From Planctomycetota bacterium (GTDB lineage Bacteria > Planctomycetota > Planctomycetia > JALXBF01), in assembly GCA_026991575.1 (NCBI GenBank), contig JALXBF010000016.1, positions 1 through 64,000 on the forward strand: DNA of 64,000 nt, in the 5' to 3' direction. Shown in pieces: positions 43,208 through 52,653 of the stretch. The notes below the pieces were generated by a model, which saw only the letters and a program-made list of their open reading frames with translations, was not told where the DNA came from and made no database searches. Position numbers and translations under genes: made by a program. Every line of letters begins with the position of its first letter. Within the stretch, counting starts at the first letter, position 1.

Positions 43208-43405
43208 GGGCAGCCTACTTCAAACGCATGGGCAGGCTGGTTCGAACGCACGGGCGGGCCGCTTGAGCCGGACAGGTGGCTTGGCCCAGGCCGACGGGCA
43301 GTTTTCTTCCAACGCACGGGCGGCTTGCTTCAAATGGACGGGTGCCTTGGCTCGAACGGGCGGGCAGTGTCCTTGAAACCGGTGGGCGGGTTGCTTCAAA
43401 CGGGC
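43208..43405 (+). repeat. tandem array, 9 x 22 bp degenerate
   Basis: Exact 22-nt periodicity: gggcagcctacttcaaacgcat, gggcaggctggttcgaacgcac ... gggcgggttgcttcaaacgggc. Confidence 0.85.
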
Positions 43406-43418
43406 CGTGGGGCTGTAC

Positions 43419-44370
43419 ACGCGCCCGGCCTGCGCGTCGGAGTGCGCCTGTCCAGCGAGCTGGAAGTTCTCACCGAGATTTGTTCTGGCCCCTGTAGCCG
43501 GAGGTAAGTGAGCGTATGCGCGGGGGGAGAGCAACAACCCCGCCGACGGGATGGGCGAGTCAACTTGGGAGCTTACGTGAAGGGTGGGAGGGAGGCTTCA
43601 TGCCCCCCTCCCGCCCTGTTGATGGGTAGCGCTAGCGGTACGAGCTCTGTTTTTCTCCATGAAGAATCCCCCGGCGCTGCGGACGGCGGTCCGCGGCGTC
43701 GGCGAGTTGACATCGCGCTGCCGCCGTGACGACAGCGCAGTCCGTTCGTCTACCCCGCCCGCCCAAGGAAACTCGACCACCCGAGCCGCGGGCGGATCGA
43801 TCCGGCCCGCGGCTCGGGTGCTGCGATTCGCCTGGGCCGGCGGCGAGTGCAAGCGGAAGTGCAGGCAGACTTCGCGGTGATTCCGGCGCGACCCTGAATT
43901 TACCACGCCAGCGGGCCGCACGGCGGCTCGCTTGGTGCTCGACGGACTGGAGCGAACCAGAGCATCCAGGCGACAACAGAAGCGGCCCATCAGGAGTCAG
44001 GGGGGCGCAAGCAAGCGAGGAAGCGGGGTAATGCCCGTGGAGCAAGGGCACTCAGGTTGACGCAGACGACCAAAAGGTGGGGCGGTAGGCGAGCGCCACG
44101 GTAAGTGCCCGCAGAGGGCCAAGGAAGGTGCCCGGGTTGGAGCGAGGCTCTGGCGGAGGCCGCGAAGGTAGAGGTTGTCTGCCGGTGGCCCTGGTGACGG
44201 GGTGTGGATGGGCGAGGTCTCGGCCTGGTGTGGATTGGCGGCTGGAGGCAGCTTGCACACAGGAGGTCAGTCGGTCCTCGTTGAGGTACGGCCGCCGACC
44301 GGAGAGCCCGATGCAGGAGAGCCGCACGTCCGGTTCGGCGGGGGCGGGCCCCGGGCAACCGGGGCTTAAT
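43419..44370 (+). ncRNA. ORF-less (probably degenerate) group II intron
   Basis: Domain V GAGCCCGATGCAGGAGAGCCGCACGTCCGGTTC (44304-44336; AGC triad, AC bulge); DVI hairpin GCCCCGG-GCAA-CCGGGGC; DII/DIII-like GGAGTCAG...GCGAGGAAGCGGGGTAATGCCCGTGGAGCAAGGG; ~245-nt DIV with no RT. 5' end is 43419 or GTGCG at 43442. Confidence 0.8.
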
Positions 44371-44788
44371 TTCCTGGCCGGGGGTTGACTGGGTGGCGCC
44401 GGCGGTATCTTGTCGCTCTTCTGGCCCTGCCCCTGCCGCCGTGGTCGCAGACCGCGGCGGCAGAGCAGCGTCGCGGTGCCGTCCGCACGCAGCACCCGCC
44501 CGCGACACGGCCCAGGAAGAAGCTTTCTTCATCTACTGCGCCATTCAGTCAACCTTGTGGGCGGGGGGCGTGGAGCTCCTCGTGCTGCCCGTCGTTGAAG
44601 CAAGCGGCCGATCTATCGGCCTCCAAGTGCGCGAAATGCTCGGCTGTCGTGACAAGCGTCCCAATGGCCGTCTCGCCGGCACACGCGGCGAGCGACCGAC
44701 CGGTGGTAGAGTGGGCGCAAGAGCTGGAACGCACCCGTGCTGCAACAGGGGAAGCGCACCTTTCGTCGAATTCGGCTTGTCGGGTCCA

Positions 44789-44955
44789 CCGCGGACTGCC
44801 AGAATACTTGCGGAGACGCCTGCGAAAGCCTCCGATGTCCTTGGTTCATTGGTTGCCTCCGTGCTCTCGGTTTCGTTTTCTGAAGCCATGGCACGGAGGC
44901 TTTTTTTGGGGGAATCCCACCGGCGATAAACTCCAGATCAGGACGGCTTGACGGC
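44789..44955 (+). repeat. right copy of the boundary direct repeat, with terminator-like stem
   Basis: See left copy; GCCTCCGTGC...GCACGGAGGC followed by T7 (44855-44907). Confidence 0.75.
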
Positions 44956-44977
44956 GGTTGGCTATTGCCCCTAAACT
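44948..44977 (+). promoter_or_regulatory. putative S10 operon promoter
   Basis: TTGACG-18 nt-TAAACT, about 185 nt upstream of rpsJ. Confidence 0.5.
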
Positions 44978-45161
44978 TCGACACCGCTGGCAAGTACGCG
45001 AACGGTGTCGCTGAGCCCGTCGGACGGAGCAGGCCTACCCGACTGAACTCGCGCATTTTCCGCAGGTTACGCCAGGGCGCGATCCGGCGGCGACGTCTCG
45101 TGACGCTTCAGCGGCTGGTGCGTGCGGACGGGCACAATCTTGCGAAGACCTGAGAGCAGCC

Positions 45162-45482
45162 ATGACGGGTGGAAGAATTCGTATCCGGATGGAGGCTTAC
45201 GACCATAAGGTGCTCGATGACGCGGCAAAGAGCATCGTGGACACGGCGCTGGGAACCGGGGCCGACGTCCACGGCCCGATTCCGTTGCCGACGCGCATCG
45301 AGCGGTACACGGTGCTGCGCAGCCCGCACATCGACAAGAAGTCGCGCGAGCAGTTTGAGATCCGCACGCACAAGCGGCTGATCGACATTCTGCATCCGAC
45401 GCAACGCACCATCGATGCCCTGAACCGCTTGAGTCTGCCGGCTGGCGTGGACATCAAGATCAAGGCGTATCCGGTCCGCTGA
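45162..45482 (+). CDS. rpsJ: 30S ribosomal protein S10
   Basis: [31 protein letters not shown]. Confidence 0.98.
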   Translation: MTGGRIRIRMEAYDHKVLDDAAKSIVDTALGTGADVHGPIPLPTRIERYTVLRSPHIDKKSREQFEIRTHKRLIDILHPTQRTIDALNRLSLPAGVDIKIKAYPVR

Positions 45483-45550
45483 CGTCGCGCTGCGGCGCCG
45501 GCTGAACGTCCGGGTGCCGCGGCCGGTCATGACCGTCAGGGAGAGTGGCG

Positions 45551-46201
45551 ATGATCGTCGGTTTGTTGGGCAAGAAGATTGGTATGACCCAGATCTTTGA
45601 GGAGGACGGCACGGCTGTGCCCGTGACCGTGTTGCGGGTGGGGCCGTGTGTCGTCTTGAACGTGCGCACGCAGGAGCGCGACGGCTACTGGGCGATCCAG
45701 CTTGGCTTTGAGGACAAGCCACGCACGAAGGCAACCCGACCGGAGCGTGGTGTGGCCAGCAAGGCGAATACCGAGCCCAAGCGGTTCATCCGTGAGATTC
45801 GCCAGCGCGGACCAGTGGATGTGCAGCAGGGTGACGTGTTAACGGTTGAGCTGTTCAAGGACATCCCGGCCGTGGACGTGATCGGTACGTCCAAAGGGCG
45901 CGGTACGGCTGGCGTGATGCGTCGCTGGGGATTCGGTGGCCTGCCCGCCAGTCACGGTGTCAAACGGAAGCACCGTTCGCCCGGTTCTATCGGGGCAACG
46001 ACCGACCCCGGTCGGGTGTTGAAGGGCAAGAAGATGGCCGGGCGGATGGGCAACCAGCGGGTAACCATCCGCAACCTGAAGGTTGTCCGCGTGATGCCTG
46101 AGCAGGACCTGTTGCTGGTCAAGGGGGGCGTGCCCGGCCCGAACGGTGGCTACGTGATCGTGCGTCAGTCGAACAAGCTCAGAGAGCCCGTGTCGGCGTG
46201 A
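45551..46201 (+). CDS. rplC: 50S ribosomal protein L3
   Basis: GKKIGMTQIF, HRSPGSIG, KGKKMAGRMG. Confidence 0.98.
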   Translation: MIVGLLGKKIGMTQIFEEDGTAVPVTVLRVGPCVVLNVRTQERDGYWAIQLGFEDKPRTKATRPERGVASKANTEPKRFIREIRQRGPVDVQQGDVLTVELFKDIPAVDVIGTSKGRGTAGVMRRWGFGGLPASHGVKRKHRSPGSIGATTDPGRVLKGKKMAGRMGNQRVTIRNLKVVRVMPEQDLLLVKGGVPGPNGGYVIVRQSNKLREPVSA

Positions 46202-46250
46202 GCTTGGCGTTGTTTTCGGGTGCCAGAGCGGCCCGTTAGGGATGTAAGCG

Positions 46251-46916
46251 ATGGAACTTCCGGTATACGATCGCTCGGGGAACCAGGTCGGCACGTTGAC
46301 GGTGGATCCGGCCGACTTTGGTGGCCGCATCAACAAGCAGCTGTTACACGACGTGGTGGTCATGTACCACGCCAACCGGCGGCAGGGCACGGTGAAGACG
46401 AAGAACCGTGCTGAGGTCGCCGGTTCGGGCCGGAAGCTGTATCGGCAGAAAGGAACCGGGTTGGCCCGTGTGGGCGATCGGCGCACGGGCAAGCGGGTCG
46501 GTGGCGGCATGACGCATGCGAAGCGGCCGCGCGACTTCTACTACCGGCTGCCAAAAAAAGCGGTGCGGGCGGCCACCCGGATGGCGTTCTTGAGCAAGAT
46601 CCTGGACGACGAGATTGTCATCATCGACTCGTTGGTCTTCGAGGAGCCGAAGACACGTGAGATGGTGGCGATCCTCCAGGCGCTTGGGCTGGCGGAGCAG
46701 AGCGTGCTGATTGCGCCGCGTGCTTATGATGAGCTGCTCTGGAAGTCGGCGCGCAACATCGAGCGGGTCGGTGTCCTGCCGGCTACGGATCTGAATGCCT
46801 GGGCGCTGTTGCGGTACAAGCGGCTGTTAATCACGCAGGAGGCGTTTGAGTTTTTCCGTGACCGCTCGCGGCAGCAGTTAGGGTTGGTGGCCGCCGGTGA
46901 GGCTTCGTCCGCGTAG
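46251..46916 (+). CDS. rplD: 50S ribosomal protein L4
   Basis: RQGTVKTKNRAEV.GSGRKLYRQKGTGLAR. Confidence 0.97.
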   Translation: MELPVYDRSGNQVGTLTVDPADFGGRINKQLLHDVVVMYHANRRQGTVKTKNRAEVAGSGRKLYRQKGTGLARVGDRRTGKRVGGGMTHAKRPRDFYYRLPKKAVRAATRMAFLSKILDDEIVIIDSLVFEEPKTREMVAILQALGLAEQSVLIAPRAYDELLWKSARNIERVGVLPATDLNAWALLRYKRLLITQEAFEFFRDRSRQQLGLVAAGEASSA

Positions 46917-46969
46917 CCCAATTGGCGCGTCAACGGGCGGCGTGGAGCGCTTTAGGGAGCTGCTCACAG

Positions 46970-47305
46970 ATGGCTAGAAGACAGACCGTGTACCACCAGC
47001 GGCAGCAGCAACAGAGAGGGCCGGAGCTTGACCTGCATCAGGTGATCCTGCGGCCGATTGTGTCGGAGAAATCGCTGCAGCTGGCTGAGCAGTTGAATCA
47101 ATACACCTTCGAGGTCAATCGCTGGGCTACCAAGCAGCAGGTACGTCGCGCCGTGGAGCAGCTGTTCGATGTCCGAGTTGTGGCGGTGCGGATCGTGAAT
47201 CTGAAAGGCAAGCGGCGAAGGATGCGGTTCACGGAAGGGCGGACTGCAGCGAAGAAAAAGGCCATTGTGCGGTTGCACCCCGACGACCGGTTGAACTTTG
47301 TGTAG
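46970..47305 (+). CDS. rplW: 50S ribosomal protein L23
   Basis: ILRPIVSEKS, YTFEV, KKAIVRL. Confidence 0.96.
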   Translation: MARRQTVYHQRQQQQRGPELDLHQVILRPIVSEKSLQLAEQLNQYTFEVNRWATKQQVRRAVEQLFDVRVVAVRIVNLKGKRRRMRFTEGRTAAKKKAIVRLHPDDRLNFV

Positions 47306-47333
47306 TACGACACGAGCAGGAGTGGCGTAAGCG

Positions 47334-48188
47334 ATGGGCATCCGCTACTACAAGCCGACGAGCCCCGGTCGGCGGTTCGCGAGCGTGAGTGATTTCTCCG
47401 AGATCACCGACCGGAAGAAGAAGCCGGAGAAGTCGCTGTTGCGACCGTTGAAGAAGACCGCGGGCCGCAACAATCAGGGGGTGATTACCGCGCGGCACCG
47501 GGGCGGTGGCCACAAGCGGCGCTATCGCGTGATCGATTTCCGTCGGGACAAGGACGGGATTCCTGGGAAGGTGGTTTCCATCGAGTACGATCCGAACCGT
47601 TCGGCCCGCATTGCGCTGATTGCGTATCGTGATGGCGAGAAGCGGTACATCATTGCCCCGGAGGGGCTGAAGGCTGGCGACATCATCATGAACGGGCCGG
47701 ATGCCGAGCCGCGCGTAGGCAACTGCCTGCCGCTGAAGCGGATCCCCACCGGGATGTCGATCCACAACATCGAGCTGCAACCGGGCAAGGGCGGTCAGCT
47801 TTGTCGTGCCGCCGGCACCAGTGCGGTACTGAATGCTTGCGAAGGCAAGTGGGCGATCATCACGTTGCCCAGTGGTGAGATGCGGAAGGTGCGGGCGGAG
47901 TGCCGGGCGACGATCGGCGTGGTCAGCAATGCGGACCACATGAACATCCGGCTGGGCAAGGCGGGGCGGAAACGGTGGCTGGGTCGTCGGCCGCATGTGC
48001 GGGGTACAGCGATGAATCCGGTGGATCACCCGATGGGTGGTGGTGAAGGCCGGAGCAAAGGGCATGAGCCGCAGAGCCCGACGGGTGTGCCGGCCAAGGG
48101 TGGCCGCACCCGGAATCCGCGCAAGCCTAGTCGGAAGCTGATCCTGCGTCGCCGTACCTCGAAGCGCTACGGCCAGTTGCCGATCTAG
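47334..48188 (+). CDS. rplB: 50S ribosomal protein L2
   Basis: [45 protein letters not shown]. Confidence 0.99.
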   Translation: MGIRYYKPTSPGRRFASVSDFSEITDRKKKPEKSLLRPLKKTAGRNNQGVITARHRGGGHKRRYRVIDFRRDKDGIPGKVVSIEYDPNRSARIALIAYRDGEKRYIIAPEGLKAGDIIMNGPDAEPRVGNCLPLKRIPTGMSIHNIELQPGKGGQLCRAAGTSAVLNACEGKWAIITLPSGEMRKVRAECRATIGVVSNADHMNIRLGKAGRKRWLGRRPHVRGTAMNPVDHPMGGGEGRSKGHEPQSPTGVPAKGGRTRNPRKPSRKLILRRRTSKRYGQLPI

Positions 48189-48265
48189 GCGGCAGTGGGA
48201 ACCAGGCGTCGCGCGGAGGTGTCTTTCGGTAGGGGCTAAGGTGAGCTGCTGTGAGGTAGCGAGCG

Positions 48266-48547
48266 ATGGGCCGATCGCTGAAGAAAGGGCCGTTTGTGGA
48301 CGAGAAGCTCCTGCGTAAGGTGGAGCGGATGCAGGAGCAGGGCATTAAGGAGCCGATTCGCACCTGGTCGCGACGCTCGACGATTGTGCCCGAGTTTGTC
48401 GGGCACACGTTCCTGGTGCACAATGGCAAGACCTTTGTGCGGGTGTATGTGACCGAGGAGATGGTCGGTCACAAGTTGGGCGAGTTTGCCCCGACGCGTA
48501 CGTTCCGCGGCCATGGTGGTCGCGGTGCGCGAGGCGGCAAGCGCTGA
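48266..48547 (+). CDS. rpsS: 30S ribosomal protein S19
   Basis: [31 protein letters not shown]. Confidence 0.99.
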   Translation: MGRSLKKGPFVDEKLLRKVERMQEQGIKEPIRTWSRRSTIVPEFVGHTFLVHNGKTFVRVYVTEEMVGHKLGEFAPTRTFRGHGGRGARGGKR

Positions 48548-48565
48548 GCGACGTGGGTGTGGAAC

Positions 48566-48595
48566 TTGTCGAGTTGGCCTCAAAGCGGTATTAAT
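48566..48595 (+). promoter_or_regulatory. putative internal promoter for the initiator tRNA
   Basis: TTGTCG-17 nt-TATTAA(T), 27 nt upstream of the tRNA. Confidence 0.4.
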
Positions 48596-48621
48596 TGCTT
48601 TGGACCAGCTCAACGTCGTGA

Positions 48622-48693
48622 CGCGGGGTGGAGCAGTGGTAGCTCGCCAGGCTCATAACCTGGAGGTCGCGGGTTCGAATCCCGCCCCCGCAA
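48622..48693 (+). tRNA. initiator tRNA-fMet(CAT)
   Basis: CGCGGGG/CCCCGCA acceptor with C1:A72 mismatch, A11-U24 pair, CTCATAA loop, GTTCGAATC. Confidence 0.93.
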
Positions 48694-48836
48694 CTTAACC
48701 AACCCGATCAGCGCCTGTCGCAGCGAGCTTCGCAGGTTTCTCCCGACGCAGCCATGCGGTTGACGCGTTGGGAGTTTCTTTATCGGCGGGAACTGGCGCC
48801 GCAGGCCCACCACGGGTCGGACGGAGGAAGACGACG

Positions 48837-49196
48837 ATGTCGGACGTATGGGTCGGCCGAGAGTACCGGGCGATACACCGATTTGCGCGCATCTCGCCGC
48901 GCAAGGTTCGTCCGATTGCCCGGCTGGTCAAAGGCCTCTCAGCGGACGAAGCGCTCGAGGTGTTGGACCTGATGCCGCAGCGCGGCGCCAAGCTCTTGCA
49001 GCGCGTGATCCACTCGGCTCGGGCCAACGCGGACGACCTCGGCGAACGCGACCTCTCGAAGCTCTATGTCAAAGAGGTCCGCGTCGATGACGGCCCTCGG
49101 CTGAAGCGGATCCAACCGCGGGCTCGTGGCATGGCGTTCCTGATTCGCAAGCGGATGTGCCACATTCGCGTGGTATTGCAACGGATGGCCGAGTAG
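48837..49196 (+). CDS. rplV: 50S ribosomal protein L22
   Basis: RISPRKVR, SARANA, DGPRLKRIQPRARG. Confidence 0.97.
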   Translation: MSDVWVGREYRAIHRFARISPRKVRPIARLVKGLSADEALEVLDLMPQRGAKLLQRVIHSARANADDLGERDLSKLYVKEVRVDDGPRLKRIQPRARGMAFLIRKRMCHIRVVLQRMAE

Positions 49197-49256
49197 CTTC
49201 TCTTCCGCAGAGACCGCCGGAGCAGGCAGTAGTCGATCGCTGCTGAGGACAGCCGC

Positions 49257-49925
49257 ATGGGTCAGAAAGTTAGACCGACGGCGTTCCGCGTGGGCGTCAT
49301 GGAAGAGTGGCGCTCCCGCTGGTACGCGACCAAACGGGAGTTCGCGAACCTGCTCGTGGAAGATGCCAAGATCCGCGAGCACGTCAAGAAGAACTACGGC
49401 CAGGCCGGAATCGCGCGCATCGACATCGAGCGAACGCGCGAGGAGGTCACGGTCCGGCTGCATGTTGCCCGGCCCGGCATCATCATCGGCCGCAAGGGCC
49501 AGGAGGTGGACCGGCTCCGGGAGGAGCTGCAGGAGTTGACGCAACGGCAGGTCCGGATTGACATCCAGGAGGTGGCCAAGCCTCAGTTGGACGCGCAGCT
49601 CGTGGCCGAAGAGATTCGCGCTCAGTTGCTGCGACGGGCGAACTTCCGCCGGGTCATGAAGCGGGCGATTGACCAGGCGATGGAAGCCGGGGCCCGCGGC
49701 GTGCGGGTTGAACTGGCCGGCCGCTTGGGTGGCGCGGAGATGGCCCGTCGGGAGAAGATGATTCGCGGCTCGGTGCCGCTGCAGACCCTGCGGGCGAAGA
49801 TCAGCTATGGCTTCGCCCTGGCGGTCACGCCCCAGGGGGCCATCGGCATCAAAGTCTGGATTAACCAGGGCGATTACCTGTTAGAAGAGGAGGAACGCGG
49901 CCATGCTGATGCCAAGGCGCGTTAA
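49257..49925 (+). CDS. rpsC: 30S ribosomal protein S3
   Basis: MGQKVRP, ARPGIIIGRKG, GRLGGAEMAR, PLQTLRA. Confidence 0.98.
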   Translation: MGQKVRPTAFRVGVMEEWRSRWYATKREFANLLVEDAKIREHVKKNYGQAGIARIDIERTREEVTVRLHVARPGIIIGRKGQEVDRLREELQELTQRQVRIDIQEVAKPQLDAQLVAEEIRAQLLRRANFRRVMKRAIDQAMEAGARGVRVELAGRLGGAEMARREKMIRGSVPLQTLRAKISYGFALAVTPQGAIGIKVWINQGDYLLEEEERGHADAKAR

Positions 49926-50313
49926 GTACCGCAAGCAGCAGCGGCGCCGGGTTCGGGGCTGGGCAACGCGTGGCAACCGCGTGGCCTTCGGGGACTATGG
50001 CTTACAGGCCCTGGAGCCGGGCTGGATCAAAGCCCAGAGTCTGGAGGCGAGCCGTATTGCGGTGAGCCATCTAATCAAGGGCCAAGGCCGGCTGTACATG
50101 CGCGTCTTCCCGCACAAGCCGATCTCCGCTCGCCCCCCCGAGACTCGAATGGGCAAGGGCAAAGGTGATCCGGAGTACTGGGTTGCCGTCGTGCGGCCGG
50201 GCCAGATCATCTGCGAAATCTCAGGCGTGACCGAAGAGGTCGCTCGGGAAGCGTTCGCACGCGTAGCGCATAAGCTGCCTGTGCGTGTCTGCTTCGTGAA
50301 GCGGGAAACGTAG
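49903..50313 (+). CDS. rplP: 50S ribosomal protein L16
   Basis: MLMPRRVKYRKQQR, FPHKP, RMGKGKG. Confidence 0.98.
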   Translation: MLMPRRVKYRKQQRRRVRGWATRGNRVAFGDYGLQALEPGWIKAQSLEASRIAVSHLIKGQGRLYMRVFPHKPISARPPETRMGKGKGDPEYWVAVVRPGQIICEISGVTEEVAREAFARVAHKLPVRVCFVKRET

Positions 50314-50343
50314 CGGAGCCAGCCCTAGGGCCGGAGGTGGGCG

Positions 50344-50568
50344 ATGCCCAAGTCGGTGCGAGCAAGCGAGCTGAGGGAAATGAGCGACGAGCAGCTCAGG
50401 GAGCTGCTACGCGAGAACCGCGAAACGCTCTTCCGGCTGCGGGTCCAGGCCGAGTCGGAACGCCTGGATACGCCTAGCGAGCTGAAGCGGCTCCGCCGCG
50501 AGATCGCACGCATCCTCACCGTGCTCCGCGAACGGGAGCTGGCGGCTCAACGCCGCAGCCAAACGTAG
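50344..50568 (+). CDS. rpmC: 50S ribosomal protein L29
   Basis: [26 protein letters not shown]. Confidence 0.96.
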   Translation: MPKSVRASELREMSDEQLRELLRENRETLFRLRVQAESERLDTPSELKRLRREIARILTVLRERELAAQRRSQT

Positions 50569-50587
50569 CGCAGGGCAGTGGAGAATC

Positions 50588-50971
50588 ATGGCCGGTAAAC
50601 GGAAACGCTTAATTGGCGTGGTCGTCAGTGACCGCATGAACAAGACGCGGCGGGTGGATGTGGAACGCCTGGTCAAGCATCCACGCTACGGCAAGTACAT
50701 CCGTCGCCGCACGAAGTGTTACGCCCACGACGAGTTCAACCAGACCCGCGTGGGCGATCGCGTGGAGATCATCGAGTCGCGTCCGCTGTCGAAGCTGAAG
50801 CGCTGGGTGATTCTGCGTATCATCAGCCGGGCGCCGCGTGCTGAAGAGGATGACACGGCGCTGGCCGACCAGCCGGTCGAGACGGCTGCTGCAGACCCGG
50901 CTGCGGCGGCTCCGGCCTCAGAGTCGGCCGCTCAACACACGGCCGCCGAGACCCATCCACAGCAGACTTGA
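50588..50971 (+). CDS. rpsQ: 30S ribosomal protein S17 (with C-terminal Ala-rich extension)
   Basis: [28 protein letters not shown]. Confidence 0.97.
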   Translation: MAGKRKRLIGVVVSDRMNKTRRVDVERLVKHPRYGKYIRRRTKCYAHDEFNQTRVGDRVEIIESRPLSKLKRWVILRIISRAPRAEEDDTALADQPVETAAADPAAAAPASESAAQHTAAETHPQQT

Positions 50972-51013
50972 CCGTCACGGGTTTTGCCAACGGGTGCGGA
51001 AGGGTGAGAAGCC

Positions 51014-51382
51014 ATGATTCAGCCACAGACCAGACTGGATGTCGCCGACAACACGGGTGCTAAGGAAATCATGTGCTTCAAGGTTCTGGGCGGGACCCGA
51101 CGCCGCTACGCCGGCCTGGGTGATGTGATCGTTGCTAGCGTCAAGCGGGCCATCCCGGGTGGCGAGGTGAGCGAGGGGGATGTGGTTCGCGCGGTCGTCG
51201 TCCGGTGCCGCCATAAGACCCGGCGGCCCGATGGGACCTACGTGCGGTTCGACCGCAACGCCGCCGTGATCATCGACAAAGATGGCAATCCGCGTGGCAC
51301 ACGCATCTTTGGCGCCGTAGCCCGCGAACTACGGGAACGCAACTTCATGAAAATCGTCTCGCTTGCTGCCGAGGTGGTCTGA
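51014..51382 (+). CDS. rplN: 50S ribosomal protein L14
   Basis: [29 protein letters not shown]. Confidence 0.99.
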   Translation: MIQPQTRLDVADNTGAKEIMCFKVLGGTRRRYAGLGDVIVASVKRAIPGGEVSEGDVVRAVVVRCRHKTRRPDGTYVRFDRNAAVIIDKDGNPRGTRIFGAVARELRERNFMKIVSLAAEVV

Positions 51383-51420
51383 ATCAAGCACCCGGAACGC
51401 TGTACTGCGAGGCCCCGGCC

Positions 51421-51801
51421 ATGGCCTTGAAGATCCGCAAAGGCGATCTGGTGGAAGTGATCACCGGTGATGACCGCTCCGCTGCCGGTGAGCGTGTGAT
51501 TCGCCGCGTGCTGGCGGTCTACCCCAAGAAGCGCAAAGTCCTCGTCGAAGGCGTGAACCGCGTGTACAAGCACGTCCGCTCAAGCGGACCGGGGCGACCC
51601 GGCGGTCGGCTCTCCAAGGAAATGCCCATCGATATCAGCAATGTGATGCTCTATTGCGAGGCGTGCAATCGGGGCGTGCGGGTCGGTTTCCGCTACACCG
51701 AAACCGGCGCCAAGCAGCGCTACTGCAAGCGGTGTGGGGCGACGCTGGGGCAGGTCGGTCCAGAGAAACCGAGGCGCGCTGCACAGGCGACGTCATCGTG
51801 A
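51421..51801 (+). CDS. rplX: 50S ribosomal protein L24
   Basis: [27 protein letters not shown]. Confidence 0.97.
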   Translation: MALKIRKGDLVEVITGDDRSAAGERVIRRVLAVYPKKRKVLVEGVNRVYKHVRSSGPGRPGGRLSKEMPIDISNVMLYCEACNRGVRVGFRYTETGAKQRYCKRCGATLGQVGPEKPRRAAQATSS

Positions 51802-51837
51802 GGTCGCGTCGGCGCGGAGTGAGGAGCGAACAGGCCG

Positions 51838-52407
51838 ATGGCTCGACTGCTTGAGAAGTACCGCAACGAGGTTGTTCCCGAGCTACAGAAGCGGCTCGGT
51901 ATCAAGAACCCTTTGGCCGTGCCTCGCCTGGTCAAGATCGTCGTCAACATGGGGGTGGGCCGAGCCGCTCAGCCTAAGGAGCGGCACATTCTGGAGGAAG
52001 TGGCCCGGCACCTGGCCCTCATCACCGGGCAGAAGCCGCTGGTGACCAAGGCGCGCAAGAGCGTCTCTGGCTTTCGCATCCGACGCGGCTTCCCGGTCGG
52101 CTTGAAGGTCACGCTCCGTGGCAGACGGATGTATGAGTTTCTGGACCGGTTGATCACACTGGCTATCCCTCGGGTCCGCGACTTCCGCGGCCTCGATCCG
52201 GAGGCCTTCGACGGCCACGGCAATTACACGTTCGGAGTGACCGAGCAGTTGATCTTTCCGGAGATTGACCCGGATGACGTGCACCACACCCAGGGCATGC
52301 ACATCACGCTCGTGACCACGGCGAAGACGGACGATCAGGCCCGGGAGCTTCTTGCGTTGTTGGGGCTACCGTTCCGGCGCCCGCAGCGGATGAGCCGGGC
52401 GGGCTAA
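51838..52407 (+). CDS. rplE: 50S ribosomal protein L5
   Basis: KIVVNMGVG, ITGQKP, PRVRDFRG, FDGHGNY. Confidence 0.98.
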   Translation: MARLLEKYRNEVVPELQKRLGIKNPLAVPRLVKIVVNMGVGRAAQPKERHILEEVARHLALITGQKPLVTKARKSVSGFRIRRGFPVGLKVTLRGRRMYEFLDRLITLAIPRVRDFRGLDPEAFDGHGNYTFGVTEQLIFPEIDPDDVHHTQGMHITLVTTAKTDDQARELLALLGLPFRRPQRMSRAG

Positions 52408-52422
52408 GCAGGAGAGTGCCTG

Positions 52423-52608
52423 ATGGCGAGCAAGGCGAAGATCCTCAAGGCGCTGCGTGAACCGAAGTTCAAAGTCCGGAAGCGAAACCGCTGCCGACTC
52501 TGCGGCCGGCCGCGCGCCTTTTACCGCAAGTTCGGCATCTGCCGCATCTGCTTCCGAAATCTGGCCAGCGACGGGCTGATCCCGGGAGTGAAGAAGGCGA
52601 GCTGGTAG
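52423..52608 (+). CDS. rpsN: 30S ribosomal protein S14 (type Z, zinc-binding)
   Basis: 61 aa, RCRLCGR...ICRICFR, GVKKASW. Confidence 0.97.
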   Translation: MASKAKILKALREPKFKVRKRNRCRLCGRPRAFYRKFGICRICFRNLASDGLIPGVKKASW

Positions 52609-52653
52609 CGGAGGACGAGCCGAACCAGGGGGCACAGCTGGAGTGCGATTGCC

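Larger units (their letters stand above)
43160..44660 (+). repeat. repeat element copy 2, interrupted by an intron-like RNA
   Basis: Left part 43160-43418 and right part 44371-44660 align collinearly to copy 1 at 37520-37955. Confidence 0.7.
34760..44955. mobile_element. genomic islet inserted between fusA and rpsJ (no integrase or transposase seen)
   Basis: Accessory genes and repeats interrupt the str-S10 order; bounded by diverged direct repeats. Confidence 0.55.

Noticed and set aside
43208..43405. 22-bp arrays as a CRISPR array
   Set aside because: Units are head-to-tail and degenerate with no unique spacers, and no cas genes are present.
43419..44370. Classifying the intron as group IIC, or finding an intron-encoded RT
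   Set aside because: The triad is AGC rather than CGC and DI is ~550 nt; none of the short ORFs has RT motifs such as YADD.
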